Source: an uncultured Gemmatimonadales bacterium (lineage in GTDB: Bacteria; Gemmatimonadota; Gemmatimonadetes; Gemmatimonadales; GWC2-71-9). From it: a stretch of 64,000 nt of DNA. Positions within the stretch are counted from its first letter, which is position 1. Every line of letters starts with the position of its first letter. Below are positions 32,113 to 42,267 of the stretch, piece by piece. Under the pieces are notes generated by a model, which saw only the letters and a list, made by a program, of their open reading frames with translations, did not search any database and was not told the DNA's origin. The position numbers and the translations under genes are program-made. The stretch covers positions 364,881-428,880 of the forward strand of contig CAWDYU010000003.1 of the NCBI GenBank assembly GCA_963806875.1, read 5' to 3'.

Positions 32113-32501
32113 CCGACTGGGATGGGCCGCTCATCACGCTGCTGGAGATGCAGCAGCGACTCGAAAGGGGTCCAAAGCGGGAGGGGGCGTTTGCGCTGTG
32201 GCTCATCACCCGGGTTGCATTGGACACGGCAGCGGGATCGACCGACGGAGAGAAGGCGTTGCGGAGGCGGGTCGTCCTGCTCCGGCAGCGGCTGCACGCG
32301 CTCGTGATCCCTCGCCCGCTCGAACGCGGACTCCGAACGGCGATGGCCCACCTCGAGGAAGGAACTGCCACCGCCGCACGCATCGCATTGACCCAGCTCG
32401 TGGCTCCGTCGCGGGAAGCCCTCGGACAAAACGCCGCCGACGCGGTTGCGTCAGCGGCGAAACTGGTTCACGATCGCTCCGGAGCAAAAGCCGACAGCTG
32501 A
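32109..32501 (+). CDS. hypothetical helical protein
   Basis: ATGA overlap with the GT9 stop; 130 aa starting MTDWDGPLITLL. Confidence 0.65.
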   Translation: MTDWDGPLITLLEMQQRLERGPKREGAFALWLITRVALDTAAGSTDGEKALRRRVVLLRQRLHALVIPRPLERGLRTAMAHLEEGTATAARIALTQLVAPSREALGQNAADAVASAAKLVHDRSGAKADS

Positions 32502-32516
32502 TCCGGTGGCCTGCCC

Positions 32517-33020
32517 TTACTCCTGTGGCCTGCCCTGCTGATCGTCGGGCAGCGGCACGCTGGTACGAGTCGGGAGGGGCCGGCCGTCGGCACCAACCGG
32601 ATCGGGGATCGCCGGATCGGGCTTCTTGTTGGGATCGGACTGGGCGCCAGCGATGGTGACCAGGCTGTTGTTCATGTCGACCGGCTGGACCGTCACCCAC
32701 ATCGAAGGCCCGTCCTGCTCGACATAGAACGACGTGATGTTCCCGGACACTCCCTCGTTGATCAGGCGATACGGGGCGGCAGCCAGGATCGTCCGGTAGT
32801 ACGCCACGACGGTGTCGGACGGAGAGCTCGACGCGAAGACCAGCTTGAGGGCCTTGTCGGCGCGCTCGGACGCCACCGGCTCGGCGTTCGGTGGGAACGG
32901 GATGTTGGGGAGCACCGTCTCGAGGGGCGGCGCAGCCGGGGGGGCGGGCGCGGCGTCGCCGCCCTTGCAGCCGGCGAGCAGTGCCGCGGCTGCCAGTGGC
33001 AGCAGGAGTGAGTTTCGCAT
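32517..33020 (-). CDS. hypothetical lipoprotein
   Basis: Lipobox LLAGC followed by a Pro/Ala linker. Confidence 0.75.
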   Translation of the reverse strand: MRNSLLLPLAAAALLAGCKGGDAAPAPPAAPPLETVLPNIPFPPNAEPVASERADKALKLVFASSSPSDTVVAYYRTILAAAPYRLINEGVSGNITSFYVEQDGPSMWVTVQPVDMNNSLVTIAGAQSDPNKKPDPAIPDPVGADGRPLPTRTSVPLPDDQQGRPQE

Positions 33021-33120
33021 CCCTCAACCGTAGCGGCGCGCCCGGCGGGGGGCAAGCAGTTCGCGTTGCCGCACCGTTCGCCGATTGCTACTGTTCCCGG
33101 TCTGACGCGAGGAGGCGCCG

Positions 33121-33870
33121 ATGGCAGGTCACAGCAAGTGGAAGACGATCAAGAGAAAGAAGGCGATCACCGACAACCGGCGCGCCTCGACCTGGACCAA
33201 GCTGATCCGGGAAATCACCGTGGCCGCAAAGGCTGGCGGCGGGGATCCCGACGGCAATGCCCGCCTGCGCAAGGCCATTGACGACGGCAAGGCCGGGAAC
33301 ATGCCGACGGAAAACATCGAGCGTGCCGTCAAGAAGGGGACGGGAGAGCTTGAGGGCGCCACGTACGAGGAAGTGACGTACGAGGGATACGGTCCGGGCG
33401 GCACCGCGATCCTGATCGAGGCATCGACCGACAACGCAAATCGAACAGTGGCCGAGATCCGTCACGCCTTTTCCCGCAACCACGGCAACCTCGGCGCGAC
33501 CAACTCCGTGGCGTGGATGTTCGATCGGAAGGGACAGATCCTGCTCGCCGCTTCCGGCGCGAGCGAGGAGAAGGCGATGGACGATGCGCTCGAAGCCGGT
33601 GCGAGCGATTTCGTCGTCGACGGAGACCTTTTTGTCGTGAGCACCGAACCCACCGAATTTCACGCGGTGATCGACGGGCTCAAGGCCGCGGGATACGCAC
33701 CCGAAAGCGCCGAGATCGAGATGATCCCGCAAAACCTGGTGCGACCCGACCCGAGCGACGCGCAGAAAGTCCTCAAGTTGATCGAGGTACTCGAGGAACT
33801 TGACGACGTGTCCAAGGTGTTCACCAACCTCGATGTCGACGCCCTCGACCTCGAGGAAGCTGGCACCTGA
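33121..33870 (+). CDS. yebC: YebC/PmpR family protein
   Basis: MAGHSKW, YEGYGPGG, TDNANRT; GGAGG RBS. Confidence 0.96.
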   Translation: MAGHSKWKTIKRKKAITDNRRASTWTKLIREITVAAKAGGGDPDGNARLRKAIDDGKAGNMPTENIERAVKKGTGELEGATYEEVTYEGYGPGGTAILIEASTDNANRTVAEIRHAFSRNHGNLGATNSVAWMFDRKGQILLAASGASEEKAMDDALEAGASDFVVDGDLFVVSTEPTEFHAVIDGLKAAGYAPESAEIEMIPQNLVRPDPSDAQKVLKLIEVLEELDDVSKVFTNLDVDALDLEEAGT

Positions 33871-33872
33871 CG

Positions 33873-34392
33873 GTGCCCGGCCCGCTGGTCGTGCTCGGCA
33901 TCGACCCCGGCACCGCGACCATGGGCTACGGCGTGGTGTCGTGCGTCGCCGGCGCGCATGCGCGACTCACCGAATGCGGGGTGGTCCGAACCCGGGCGAC
34001 GTCGAGTTTCGCCGCACGTCTCGGAACGGTATATCGACGGCGTATGCGAACTCATTGCCCGACACCAGCCGGATGCGATCGCCGTTGAAGGCCTCTTTCA
34101 CGGCCGCAACGCACGCAGCGCGCTGCTGCTCGGTCATGCCCGCGGCGTGGTCCTCCTCGCAGCGAGCCAGGCGGCACGGCCGGTGATCGAGATATCGCCA
34201 GCGGAGGTCAAGCGTGCCGTCACCGGAACTGGCGCCGCGGGAAAGGCCCAGGTTTCCGCGATGGTGACCCGCCTCCTTGGCCTGGCATCAGCCCCGACAC
34301 CGGCCGACGCATCCGACGGCGTGGCGATCGCGCTCACCTGCCTCATGCGGATGCAACCGAGAGCGCGGCTCGGCACGGGGGTGCCGCGATGA
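33873..34392 (+). CDS. ruvC: Holliday junction resolvase, frameshift near 34030
   Basis: LGIDPG, AVEGLF, LGHARGV, VKRAVTGTGAAGKAQV, DASDGVAIAL. Confidence 0.93.
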
Positions 34393-34967
34393 TTGCATCG
34401 GTCACCGGTGTGCTGAGCCAGCGGGATTCCGCGGGAATCGTGGTCGAGACCGCAGGCGGCACCGGCTATCTCGTCTTCGTTCCGCTTGGAGTGTTCGAGC
34501 GACTCCCGAGCGAGGGTTCGAGCGTGCGCCTGCACACCGAGTTGGTGGTGCGAGAGGACGATTGGTCGCTGTACGGATTCGACAGCACCAGTGAACGCAC
34601 TGTGTTCCGGCGGTTGATGGCAGCGAGCGGAGTTGGTGCGAGGCTTGCAATTTCCATCCTGTCGGCGCTGGGACCGGATCGCACCGTGCGTGCGGTGCGC
34701 GACCGCGATCTCGCCGCGCTCGGGACCGTATCCGGGATCGGCAAGAAAAAAGCCGAACGAATCGTCCTCGAGCTCGCGGACCGGCTCGACGACTTGCCGG
34801 CAGCCGCCCCCATCGCGACTCCAGCTGCCGACGCGGTGCGCGCGCTCGTTGCGCTCGGATATCCGCAGGCGGCTGCCGACACGGCCGTCCGCAACGCTGC
34901 CGCCTCCGATACCGCAGACACGCCAGCCCTGCTGCGGCGCGCACTCTCCGATCTGCAGAGGAAGTGA
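34389..34967 (+). CDS. ruvA: Holliday junction branch migration protein
   Basis: MIASVTG, VRED...LYGF, SGVGARLA, GIGKKKAERIVLEL, ALVALGY. Confidence 0.95.
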   Translation: MIASVTGVLSQRDSAGIVVETAGGTGYLVFVPLGVFERLPSEGSSVRLHTELVVREDDWSLYGFDSTSERTVFRRLMAASGVGARLAISILSALGPDRTVRAVRDRDLAALGTVSGIGKKKAERIVLELADRLDDLPAAAPIATPAADAVRALVALGYPQAAADTAVRNAAASDTADTPALLRRALSDLQRK

Positions 34968-34969
34968 CA

Positions 34970-35152
34970 ATGTGGAAGACCGCCCGCCCGACCGTGACCG
35001 CCGAATGGCTCTGCACTCGCTGCGGCGCGACGAACCGTTTGCTGACTGCGCCGACCACCGGCGAGATTCGTGATCGGTGCATGACGTGCGCGGTCCCGCA
35101 TTGCATCATGCCTGACGAATCGCCGGTGCGCTGGCGCGCGAGGGCAGCCTGA
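34970..35152 (+). CDS. small putative zinc-ribbon protein
   Basis: 60 aa filling the ruvA-ruvB gap; WLCTRCGATN...DRCMTCAVPH; GAGGA upstream. Confidence 0.65.
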   Translation: MWKTARPTVTAEWLCTRCGATNRLLTAPTTGEIRDRCMTCAVPHCIMPDESPVRWRARAA

Positions 35153-35155
35153 AGG

Positions 35156-36199
35156 ATGAGTGAACCACGACGCATCGAGATCACCACGCCGGCCGCGCTT
35201 CCCGAGGAAACGAGCCTCGAGACCGCGCTCCGGCCGTCGCGCCTCGACGAGTTCGTCGGCCAGCCGCAGGTGCGGACGTCGCTGCAGATCGCCATCGACG
35301 CCGCACGGAAGCGTGGTGAGGCACTCGACCACGTCCTCTTCTTCGGACCGCCAGGACTCGGCAAGACCACCCTCGCGATGCTGATGGCGCGCGAGATGGG
35401 CGTCCAGTGCCGCACCACGTCGGGCCCCGTGCTCGAGCGCGCAGGTGACCTGGTCGGATTGCTCACCTCCCTCGGACCTGGCGACATCCTCTTCATCGAT
35501 GAGATTCATCGCCTCAAGCCGCAACTCGAGGAATTCCTCTATCCAGCCATGGAAGATTTCCGGGTCGACGTGCGCCTGAGTGATGGACCCCATTCGCAGA
35601 CGCTTCCGATGAGTGTCGAACGGTTCACGCTCGTGGGCGCGACCACGCGATTCGGGCTGCTGACCCCACCGATGCGCGCGCGCTTCGGGCTGGTCGAGAG
35701 GCTGTCGTTCTATCCGCCGGAGGATCTGGCCACGATCGTCACCCGATCGGCCGGGGTGATGGGCGTGCCGATCGACACCCTCGGTGCGACGGAAATCGCG
35801 CGACGTTCACGGGGCACACCGCGCGTCGCCAATCGCCTGCTGCGGCGAGTTCGTGACTACGCAGAGGTGCGGGCGGATGGGGCGATAACTGCAGCGGTCG
35901 CGATCGAAGCCCTTGAGCGCCTCAACGTCGACGAATTCGGTCTCGACGACATGGACGCACGCATCCTCGCCACCATCATCGAGAAGTTCGATGGAGGACC
36001 GGTCGGCCTCGGGACCATTGCTGCATCGGTCGGCGAAGATGCCGCCACTCTCGAGGAAGTCTACGAACCGTACCTCATCCAGCAGGGCTTCCTCGAACGC
36101 ACCTCGCGCGGGCGCACCGCCACCGCGAACGCGTACCGACGGCTCGGGCTCACGCCGCACCGGCGCGACGACCCACAGCAGTCGCTGCTGGATGGCTGA
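35156..36199 (+). CDS. ruvB: Holliday junction branch migration helicase
   Basis: [46 protein letters not shown]. Confidence 0.97.
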   Translation: MSEPRRIEITTPAALPEETSLETALRPSRLDEFVGQPQVRTSLQIAIDAARKRGEALDHVLFFGPPGLGKTTLAMLMAREMGVQCRTTSGPVLERAGDLVGLLTSLGPGDILFIDEIHRLKPQLEEFLYPAMEDFRVDVRLSDGPHSQTLPMSVERFTLVGATTRFGLLTPPMRARFGLVERLSFYPPEDLATIVTRSAGVMGVPIDTLGATEIARRSRGTPRVANRLLRRVRDYAEVRADGAITAAVAIEALERLNVDEFGLDDMDARILATIIEKFDGGPVGLGTIAASVGEDAATLEEVYEPYLIQQGFLERTSRGRTATANAYRRLGLTPHRRDDPQQSLLDG

Positions 36200-37242
36200 A
36201 CGGCACTGGTCGGCGTCGGACTTCGACTATTCGCTCCCCGAATCCCTGATCGCACAGGTTCCAGCGGACGAACGGGGGAAGTCACGCCTCCTCACTGTCG
36301 ATCGTTCGCCCCCGGCCGGTGCTCCGCCGCTGCAGCGACGGCGTGTTCACCGATCTCGCCACGCGCGTCTGCGCCGGCGACCTGCTCGTGGTCAACTCGA
36401 CACGAGTACGCCAGGCGCGGTTCATCGGTCGGCGCCCCTCCGGGGGCGCGGCCGAGGTGCTGCTGATTCACCCGGCTGGTGACGGTACCTGGGTGGCGAT
36501 GGGGAAGCCTGGCCGCGCCATGCAACCCGGCAGGATCATCGAGATTGCGGACGGCGTGGGCATCGAGACGGTAGCGGTGCGGGATGACAGCCTCCGGCAC
36601 GTGAGGTTCGTCGGCATGACGGACGTCGATGCCATCGCTCGCTTCGGGCGGTTGCCCCTGCCGCCGTACATCGAACGCGAGGCTGACGCCACCGATCACG
36701 ATCGCTACCAGACTGTCTATGCCGCGCGCGAGGGCAGCGTGGCCGCCCCCACCGCCGGCCTGCACTTCACCGAGTCATTTCTCGAGCAGTTGAGAGCGGA
36801 CGGAGTGCTCGTTGCCGACCTCGACCTGGAAGTCGGACCGGGTACCTTCCGCCCCGTCGAAGTGGACAACCTGTCCGAGCACGTGATGCACGCGGAGCAT
36901 TTCGACATTCCGCAAGCGCTTGCTGACGAGATCGCCGCGTGCCGTGGCCGCGGCGGGCGCGTGTGGGCCGTGGGCACCACCGTGGTTCGCGCGCTCGAAA
37001 GCGCGGCGCGCGGCGACGGCACGGTGATCCCGGGTGGGGCCGATACCCGCCTGATGATCACGCCCGGGTACCGGTTCAAGGTGGTCGATTGCCTCGTGAC
37101 GAATTTCCACCTGCCCCGATCGACGCTGCTCATGCTGGTGTCAGCATTCGCGGGACATGGCCTCACGATGGATGCCTACCGGCACGCGGTGGCACAACGC
37201 TACCGCTTCTACAGTTATGGCGACGCCATGTGCGTCGTGTGA
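36192..37242 (+). CDS. queA: S-adenosylmethionine:tRNA ribosyltransferase-isomerase, frameshift near 36330
   Basis: [64 protein letters not shown]. Confidence 0.95.
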
Positions 37243-37249
37243 GGTCGTG

Positions 37250-37772
37250 ATGCCACACCATCCACCCCCGTCGACCTCCGCCTACGTGCAGGAGACGATT
37301 GCGCTGCTCGGAACCCAGGATCCGCTGGCGGTGCTGGCCGCAACCCCTGATTGGATTCTTGGCCGGGTGCGCGACCTCGACGACGAACTGCTGCAGCGCC
37401 CCGAGGGACCGGGCCAATGGTCGCTGGTGCAGGTGCTTGCACATCTCACCGACACCGAGATTGCATTCGGCTGGCGGATGCGCATCACGCTCACCCAGGA
37501 CCGCGCGCCGCTGCACGGTTTTGACGAGGGAGCGTGGGTCACCCGTTTTGCGTATGCGGACGCGGACGCGATGGGAGCGTTCCAGGCGTTCGCAGCGCTC
37601 CGGACAGTGGAACCTGCGGGTCTGGCGCTCGACGAACGATGCTGACCTGTCTCGCATCGCCGTCCACTCGGAACGCGGGCCTGAAAGCTTCGCGACGCTG
37701 CGCAGCATGATTGCAGGTCACGATCTCCGGCACCGACGCCAGATCGACCGCCTCCTCGCGTCGTTCAGCTGA
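37250..37772 (+). CDS. DinB/YfiT-like metal-binding protein, frameshift near 37605
   Basis: WSLVQVLAHLTDTE, FDEGAW, HSERG, AGHDLRHRRQI. Confidence 0.85.
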
Positions 37773-37774
37773 CG

Positions 37775-38911
37775 ATGTTCGACTTCACGCTCGATGGTAC
37801 CGACGGTGGCGCGCGGGCTGGGACGCTGGTGCTTCCGCACGGCGTCGTCCAGACACCGTGCTTCATGCCGGTCGGGACCCGTGGCGCCGTCCGGGGCCTG
37901 CATCCGGACGAGGTGCGCCGAGCCGGCGCACAGATCATCCTGGGCAACACCTATCACTTGCACCTGCGTCCCGGTGAGGATGTGGTCGCGGCGATGGGGG
38001 GCCTGCACCAGTTCTCGGGCTGGGAGCGCCCGATGCTCACCGATTCCGGCGGTTTCCAGGTGTTCTCGCTCAGTGCGATGCGTCGGCTCGACGAAGACGG
38101 TGTCTCGTTCCAGTCGCATATCGACGGCTCCGCTCGACGCCTCACCCCGGAATCGTCGATCGAGATCCAGTGGGCACTGGGCAGCGACATCGCAATGGCG
38201 TTCGACCACCTCATTCCCGGTCAGGCGTCGCACGATGACGCGCGCGATGCCATGGATCGCACTCACCGCTGGCTGGAGCGGTCCCGGCGGCGTCACGACG
38301 AACTCGTCGCGGCCGAGCCCGCGCGCCAGACGCTTTGGCCGATCGTGCAGGGAGGCACCCACGCCGACCTCCGGCGAGAATCTCTCGACGGCATCCTCGA
38401 GCGGGGAGAATGGAGTGGCATCGCGATCGGAGGGCTCTCGGTGGGCGAACCCAAGCCCGTGATGCACCGGGTGATCGAGGGCCTCGCCCCGCATCTCCCG
38501 CCCGATCGGCCCCGTTATCTTATGGGGGTCGGTTTTCCGGACGACCTGATCGAGGGAATTGCCCGGGGGATCGACCTCTTCGACTGCGTTGCGGCAACCC
38601 GGAACGGCAGGCACGGGAGCGCGTGGACAGCCGACGGAAAGGTCAACGTGCGGGGCGCGGCACTCCGGGTCGATCCGGCGCCGCTCGATGCCGATTGCGA
38701 CTGCGAATGCTGCACACGGTTCTCGCGGTCGTACCTGCGCCACCTGTTCGTCGCCGAGGAACAACTCGGTCAGCGGCTGGTGTCGATCCACAACATCCGC
38801 TTCCTGCTCCGCCTCTCCGAGACGGCCAGGGCGCGGGTGCTCGAAGGGACATTTCACGCATGGGCCGCCGAGTGGCGGCGCCGCTACTTCAGCAAGGGTT
38901 CCCCGGCATGA
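37775..38911 (+). CDS. tgt: queuine tRNA-guanine transglycosylase
   Basis: TPCFMPVGT, GNTYHL, TDSGGFQVFSL, IGGLSVGE, PRYLMGVG, CDCECC zinc site. Confidence 0.97.
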   Translation: MFDFTLDGTDGGARAGTLVLPHGVVQTPCFMPVGTRGAVRGLHPDEVRRAGAQIILGNTYHLHLRPGEDVVAAMGGLHQFSGWERPMLTDSGGFQVFSLSAMRRLDEDGVSFQSHIDGSARRLTPESSIEIQWALGSDIAMAFDHLIPGQASHDDARDAMDRTHRWLERSRRRHDELVAAEPARQTLWPIVQGGTHADLRRESLDGILERGEWSGIAIGGLSVGEPKPVMHRVIEGLAPHLPPDRPRYLMGVGFPDDLIEGIARGIDLFDCVAATRNGRHGSAWTADGKVNVRGAALRVDPAPLDADCDCECCTRFSRSYLRHLFVAEEQLGQRLVSIHNIRFLLRLSETARARVLEGTFHAWAAEWRRRYFSKGSPA

Positions 38912-39192
38912 ACGCTCAGTTGATCATCGTCCTGCAGCTCTTCGGCATCGGTGCCGTGTTCTACTTCCTCATCATCCGGCCGCAGGGACAGGCGCGCAAG
39001 CGTGCTGCCGAGATGATTGCCGCGATCAAGAAGGGCGATGAGGTGACCACCGCCGGCGGACTCGTCGGACGGGTCAAGGAAGTGAAGACGGATCGACTGA
39101 CGGTCGAGAGCGGGACGTCGGTCGTGGTGGTAGATCGCGCCCGCATCATCCGGGTCGGCAACACCACGGCCGAAGGCACCGCCGCACCATGA
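38908..39192 (+). CDS. yajC: preprotein translocase subunit
   Basis: FYFLIIRPQ, KKGDEVTTAGGLVG; follows tgt. Confidence 0.93.
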   Translation: MNAQLIIVLQLFGIGAVFYFLIIRPQGQARKRAAEMIAAIKKGDEVTTAGGLVGRVKEVKTDRLTVESGTSVVVVDRARIIRVGNTTAEGTAAP

Positions 39193-39725
39193 GCGTGATG
39201 GACATCCACCTCCTCGGCTCGCCCGTGCTGCGCCAGCGAGCTGAGGAGATCGACGTCGTCGACGACGAACTTCGTGCGCTGATCGACGACATGTTCGAGA
39301 CGATGGGTGTCGCCTGTGGTGTGGGCCTCGCCGCCAACCAGGTCGGTATCGCCCGGCGGGTCGCGGTGATCAATGCCGAGGGCCAGACATTCGCGATGAT
39401 CAATCCGGTCATCGTGGAGACGACGGGTCGGGCAGGCGCAGAAGAGGGGTGTCTCTCGATTCCGGATGCATACGCGGAAGTCACCCGTCCCGAGTCCATC
39501 GTCCTCGAGGCACTCGACGAGGCCGGTGAGCCGTTCCGGCTGGAGGCAACAGCGCTCGTTGCCCGCGCGATCCAGCATGAGATCGACCACCTCGATGGCG
39601 TGTTGTTCATCGATCACCTCAGTCCGTTGAAGCGGCAGCTCCTCGTCACGCGCTGGAAGAAGGAGCACCGCGGCGAGGGCCTCACCCGCACCCCGCGGCC
39701 CGAGGAGTCGGACGCCGCCAACTGA
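39189..39725 (+). CDS. def: peptide deformylase
   Basis: GVGLAANQ, EGCLS, QHEIDHLDG. Confidence 0.97.
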   Translation: MSVMDIHLLGSPVLRQRAEEIDVVDDELRALIDDMFETMGVACGVGLAANQVGIARRVAVINAEGQTFAMINPVIVETTGRAGAEEGCLSIPDAYAEVTRPESIVLEALDEAGEPFRLEATALVARAIQHEIDHLDGVLFIDHLSPLKRQLLVTRWKKEHRGEGLTRTPRPEESDAAN

Positions 39726-40654
39726 TGCGGGTGGCATTCTTCGGTACCCCCGCCTTCGCAGTTCCGTCGCTCGACGCGCTGGTGCGCACCGGCACCCGTG
39801 TGGCGGCCGTCGTGACCCAACCAGACCGACCCGGTTCCCGCTCCCACTCCACCCTCGTTCCGCCACCCGTGAAGCAGCGTGCGCTGCACCACGGGATTCC
39901 GGTGCTGCAACCCGACCGGCCACGCGACGAGAATTTCGTGGCCGCAATCCGTGACCTCGACATCGACCTTGGCGTAGTGGTGGCGTACGGTCACCTGCTT
40001 CCCGCCGCGCTCCTCGCGATACCGCGACTCGGCATGGTCAACGTGCACGCCTCGATCCTTCCTCGGTGGCGCGGCGCCGCGCCGATCCATTGGGCGGTCG
40101 CGAGTGGTGATCCGTTCACGGGCGTGTCGATCATGCGGATCGAGGAAGGTCTCGACAGCGGCGCCGTGTGGCATTCGGCCACGCTGGCGATTGGCGACAC
40201 CGACACGACGGGCCTTCTCTTCGAGCGTCTCGCCGCGTTGGGGGCCGAGGCACTCGTCGCGGCGCTCCCTCGGATCGAAGCGGGTGAATCGCCGGTCGCT
40301 CAGCCGACCAGCGGCATCACGCTGGCGCCCAAGATCGACCGGCAGCGTGCCCGGATCGACTGGAGTGCCGATGCCGACACGGTGTCGCGTCACGTTCGCG
40401 CGATGGATCCCGCGCCCGGTGCCTGGACCACGGCCGGTTCAGAGACGATCAAGTGCTTCGGCGCGGTCGCATTGCCCGGGTCTCCTGACGGCGTTCCGGG
40501 CGAGGTGAACCACGCAATTCGCGATGCGCTCGTGGTGCACACCGGGCGCGGCACGGTACAGATTGCCGATGTGCAGCCCGCCGGTCGGCGCCGGATGTCT
40601 GCCGGCGATTGGCTGCGCGGAATCGAACCCGGCCAGAGGATCGTGCTGGAGTGA
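39725..40654 (+). CDS. fmt: methionyl-tRNA formyltransferase
   Basis: FFGTPAFA, VTQPDRP, VVAYG, NVHASILPRWRGAAPI. Confidence 0.96.
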   Translation: MRVAFFGTPAFAVPSLDALVRTGTRVAAVVTQPDRPGSRSHSTLVPPPVKQRALHHGIPVLQPDRPRDENFVAAIRDLDIDLGVVVAYGHLLPAALLAIPRLGMVNVHASILPRWRGAAPIHWAVASGDPFTGVSIMRIEEGLDSGAVWHSATLAIGDTDTTGLLFERLAALGAEALVAALPRIEAGESPVAQPTSGITLAPKIDRQRARIDWSADADTVSRHVRAMDPAPGAWTTAGSETIKCFGAVALPGSPDGVPGEVNHAIRDALVVHTGRGTVQIADVQPAGRRRMSAGDWLRGIEPGQRIVLE

Positions 40655-41298
40655 AGCCGCTCCCACGCCTTCTGGCGCTCACCGACGATCGGGTCGCCGC
40701 ACTCGACGATCTCGCTCAGCGTGCCGGCGCCATCGCCGCCGTGGGCGCGGCGGCAAGTCTCGTTGCGCGCCTGCCCGATGGATCGGCCGATGCGCTTTCG
40801 GTGCTCGCCACCCGATTCGTGGCGCTGGCACGTCCGCCGATGGCGTCGGTCTTCGTCACGGGCCGTGTCGATGTCGCCCTGGCGTGCGGCGCCGACGGCG
40901 TGATCGGCCGAACGGGTGACCTCGACCCGCGTGCGATGCGGGAAGCGATCGAGCGGAGCACGGTCTCGCGACGAATCGTCCTGGTACAGTCGGTACATTC
41001 CCTTGCCGAGGCCGAACACGCTGTTGCTGCCGGAGCAGACGGGCTCCTGCTGGGGACCATCTGGGCCACGCCGTCACACCCGGGGCGCGTGCCCAGTGGC
41101 CCGGAACTGATCGACCGGGTGGCGCGTTGTGGCGTTCCGGTCTGGGCAGTGGGAGGAGTGACCGCGGACCGCGCCGCCGAAGCATTCGACGCCGGCGCGT
41201 GGGGCGTCGCGGCGATCTCCGCACTCTGGGATGCGAACGACCCGAATCGAAGTGCCCTTGCGCTGCTGGCCCCGTGGCGCGGCAACGAGGAGAGATGA
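40651..41298 (+). CDS. thiamine-phosphate synthase fold protein, probably TenI-like
   Basis: RVDVALACGADGV, SVHS, ATPSHPG, AVGGV; canonical ThiE ND, GVHLGQ and TxTK motifs are altered. Confidence 0.75.
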   Translation: MKPLPRLLALTDDRVAALDDLAQRAGAIAAVGAAASLVARLPDGSADALSVLATRFVALARPPMASVFVTGRVDVALACGADGVIGRTGDLDPRAMREAIERSTVSRRIVLVQSVHSLAEAEHAVAAGADGLLLGTIWATPSHPGRVPSGPELIDRVARCGVPVWAVGGVTADRAAEAFDAGAWGVAAISALWDANDPNRSALALLAPWRGNEER

Positions 41299-41501
41299 CG
41301 ATGCAGCTGACAATCAATGGCGAATCTCGCACCCTCGATCAGGTTGACACCGTCGACGGGATGCTGCGCCAGCTGGGCCTCGACCCTCGCGGCGTCGTGG
41401 TTGAGCTGAACCGGGCGATCATCCGGCGCGCCGATGTTGCTGCGTCGCGCGTGCAGGATGGCGACACGGTGGAGATCGTGCATTTCGTGGGAGGTGGATG
41501 A
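41295..41501 (+). CDS. thiS: sulfur carrier protein
   Basis: LTINGE...VEIVHFVGGG C-terminus. Confidence 0.95.
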   Translation: MTMQLTINGESRTLDQVDTVDGMLRQLGLDPRGVVVELNRAIIRRADVAASRVQDGDTVEIVHFVGGG

Positions 41502-42267
41502 ATGCTGGAGATTGCCGGGCAGGCCTTTCGGTCACGCTTGATGGTGGGAACCGGAAAGTATCGCAGCAACGACGAGATGGTCCGTGCGATCGACGCGTCG
41601 GGTGCCCAGGTGGTCACCGTCGCGGTTCGGCGCGTCAACCTCGATCGCGGCGACGAGGAAGGGATACTGCATCACCTTTCCAGCGACCGGTTCTTCCTGC
41701 TCTCGAACACTGCGGGGTGCTACAGCGCCGATGAGGCGATCCGCTATGCCCGCCTGGCACGGGAAGCGGGCTTCAACGACTTCGTGAAGCTCGAGGTCAT
41801 TGGCGACCAGGAAACACTCCTGCCCGACACTGCGGGCTTGCTGGAAGCCACGGCGATCCTGGCGCGTGAGGGCTTCAAGGTCCTCGCGTACACGAACGAC
41901 GACCTGATCACCGCGCTCCGCCTGCAGGACGCTGGCGCCGTTGCGGTCATGCCACTCGCGTCGCCGATCGGCTCGGGGCTCGGGCTCCTCAACCCCTATC
42001 TCATCCGCACGATCAAGTCACGGCTTTCCGTGCCCGATCATCGTCGACGCTGGCGTGGGCACGGCATCAGATGCGTGCCTGGTCATGGAACAGGGCGTTG
42101 ATGGCATCCTGATGAACACGGCTCTGGCGGAAGCTCGCGACCCGGTCAGGATGGCGACGGCAATGCGTCTCGCGGTCGATGCCGGCCGCGACGCGTGGCT
42201 CGCCGGTCGGATGCCGAGGCGCGAGGTCGCCGTGCCGTCGACGCCCAGTGACGGAATGCTGAGCTGA
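41502..42267 (+). CDS. thiG: thiazole synthase, frameshift near 42035
   Basis: [45 protein letters not shown]. Confidence 0.95.
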
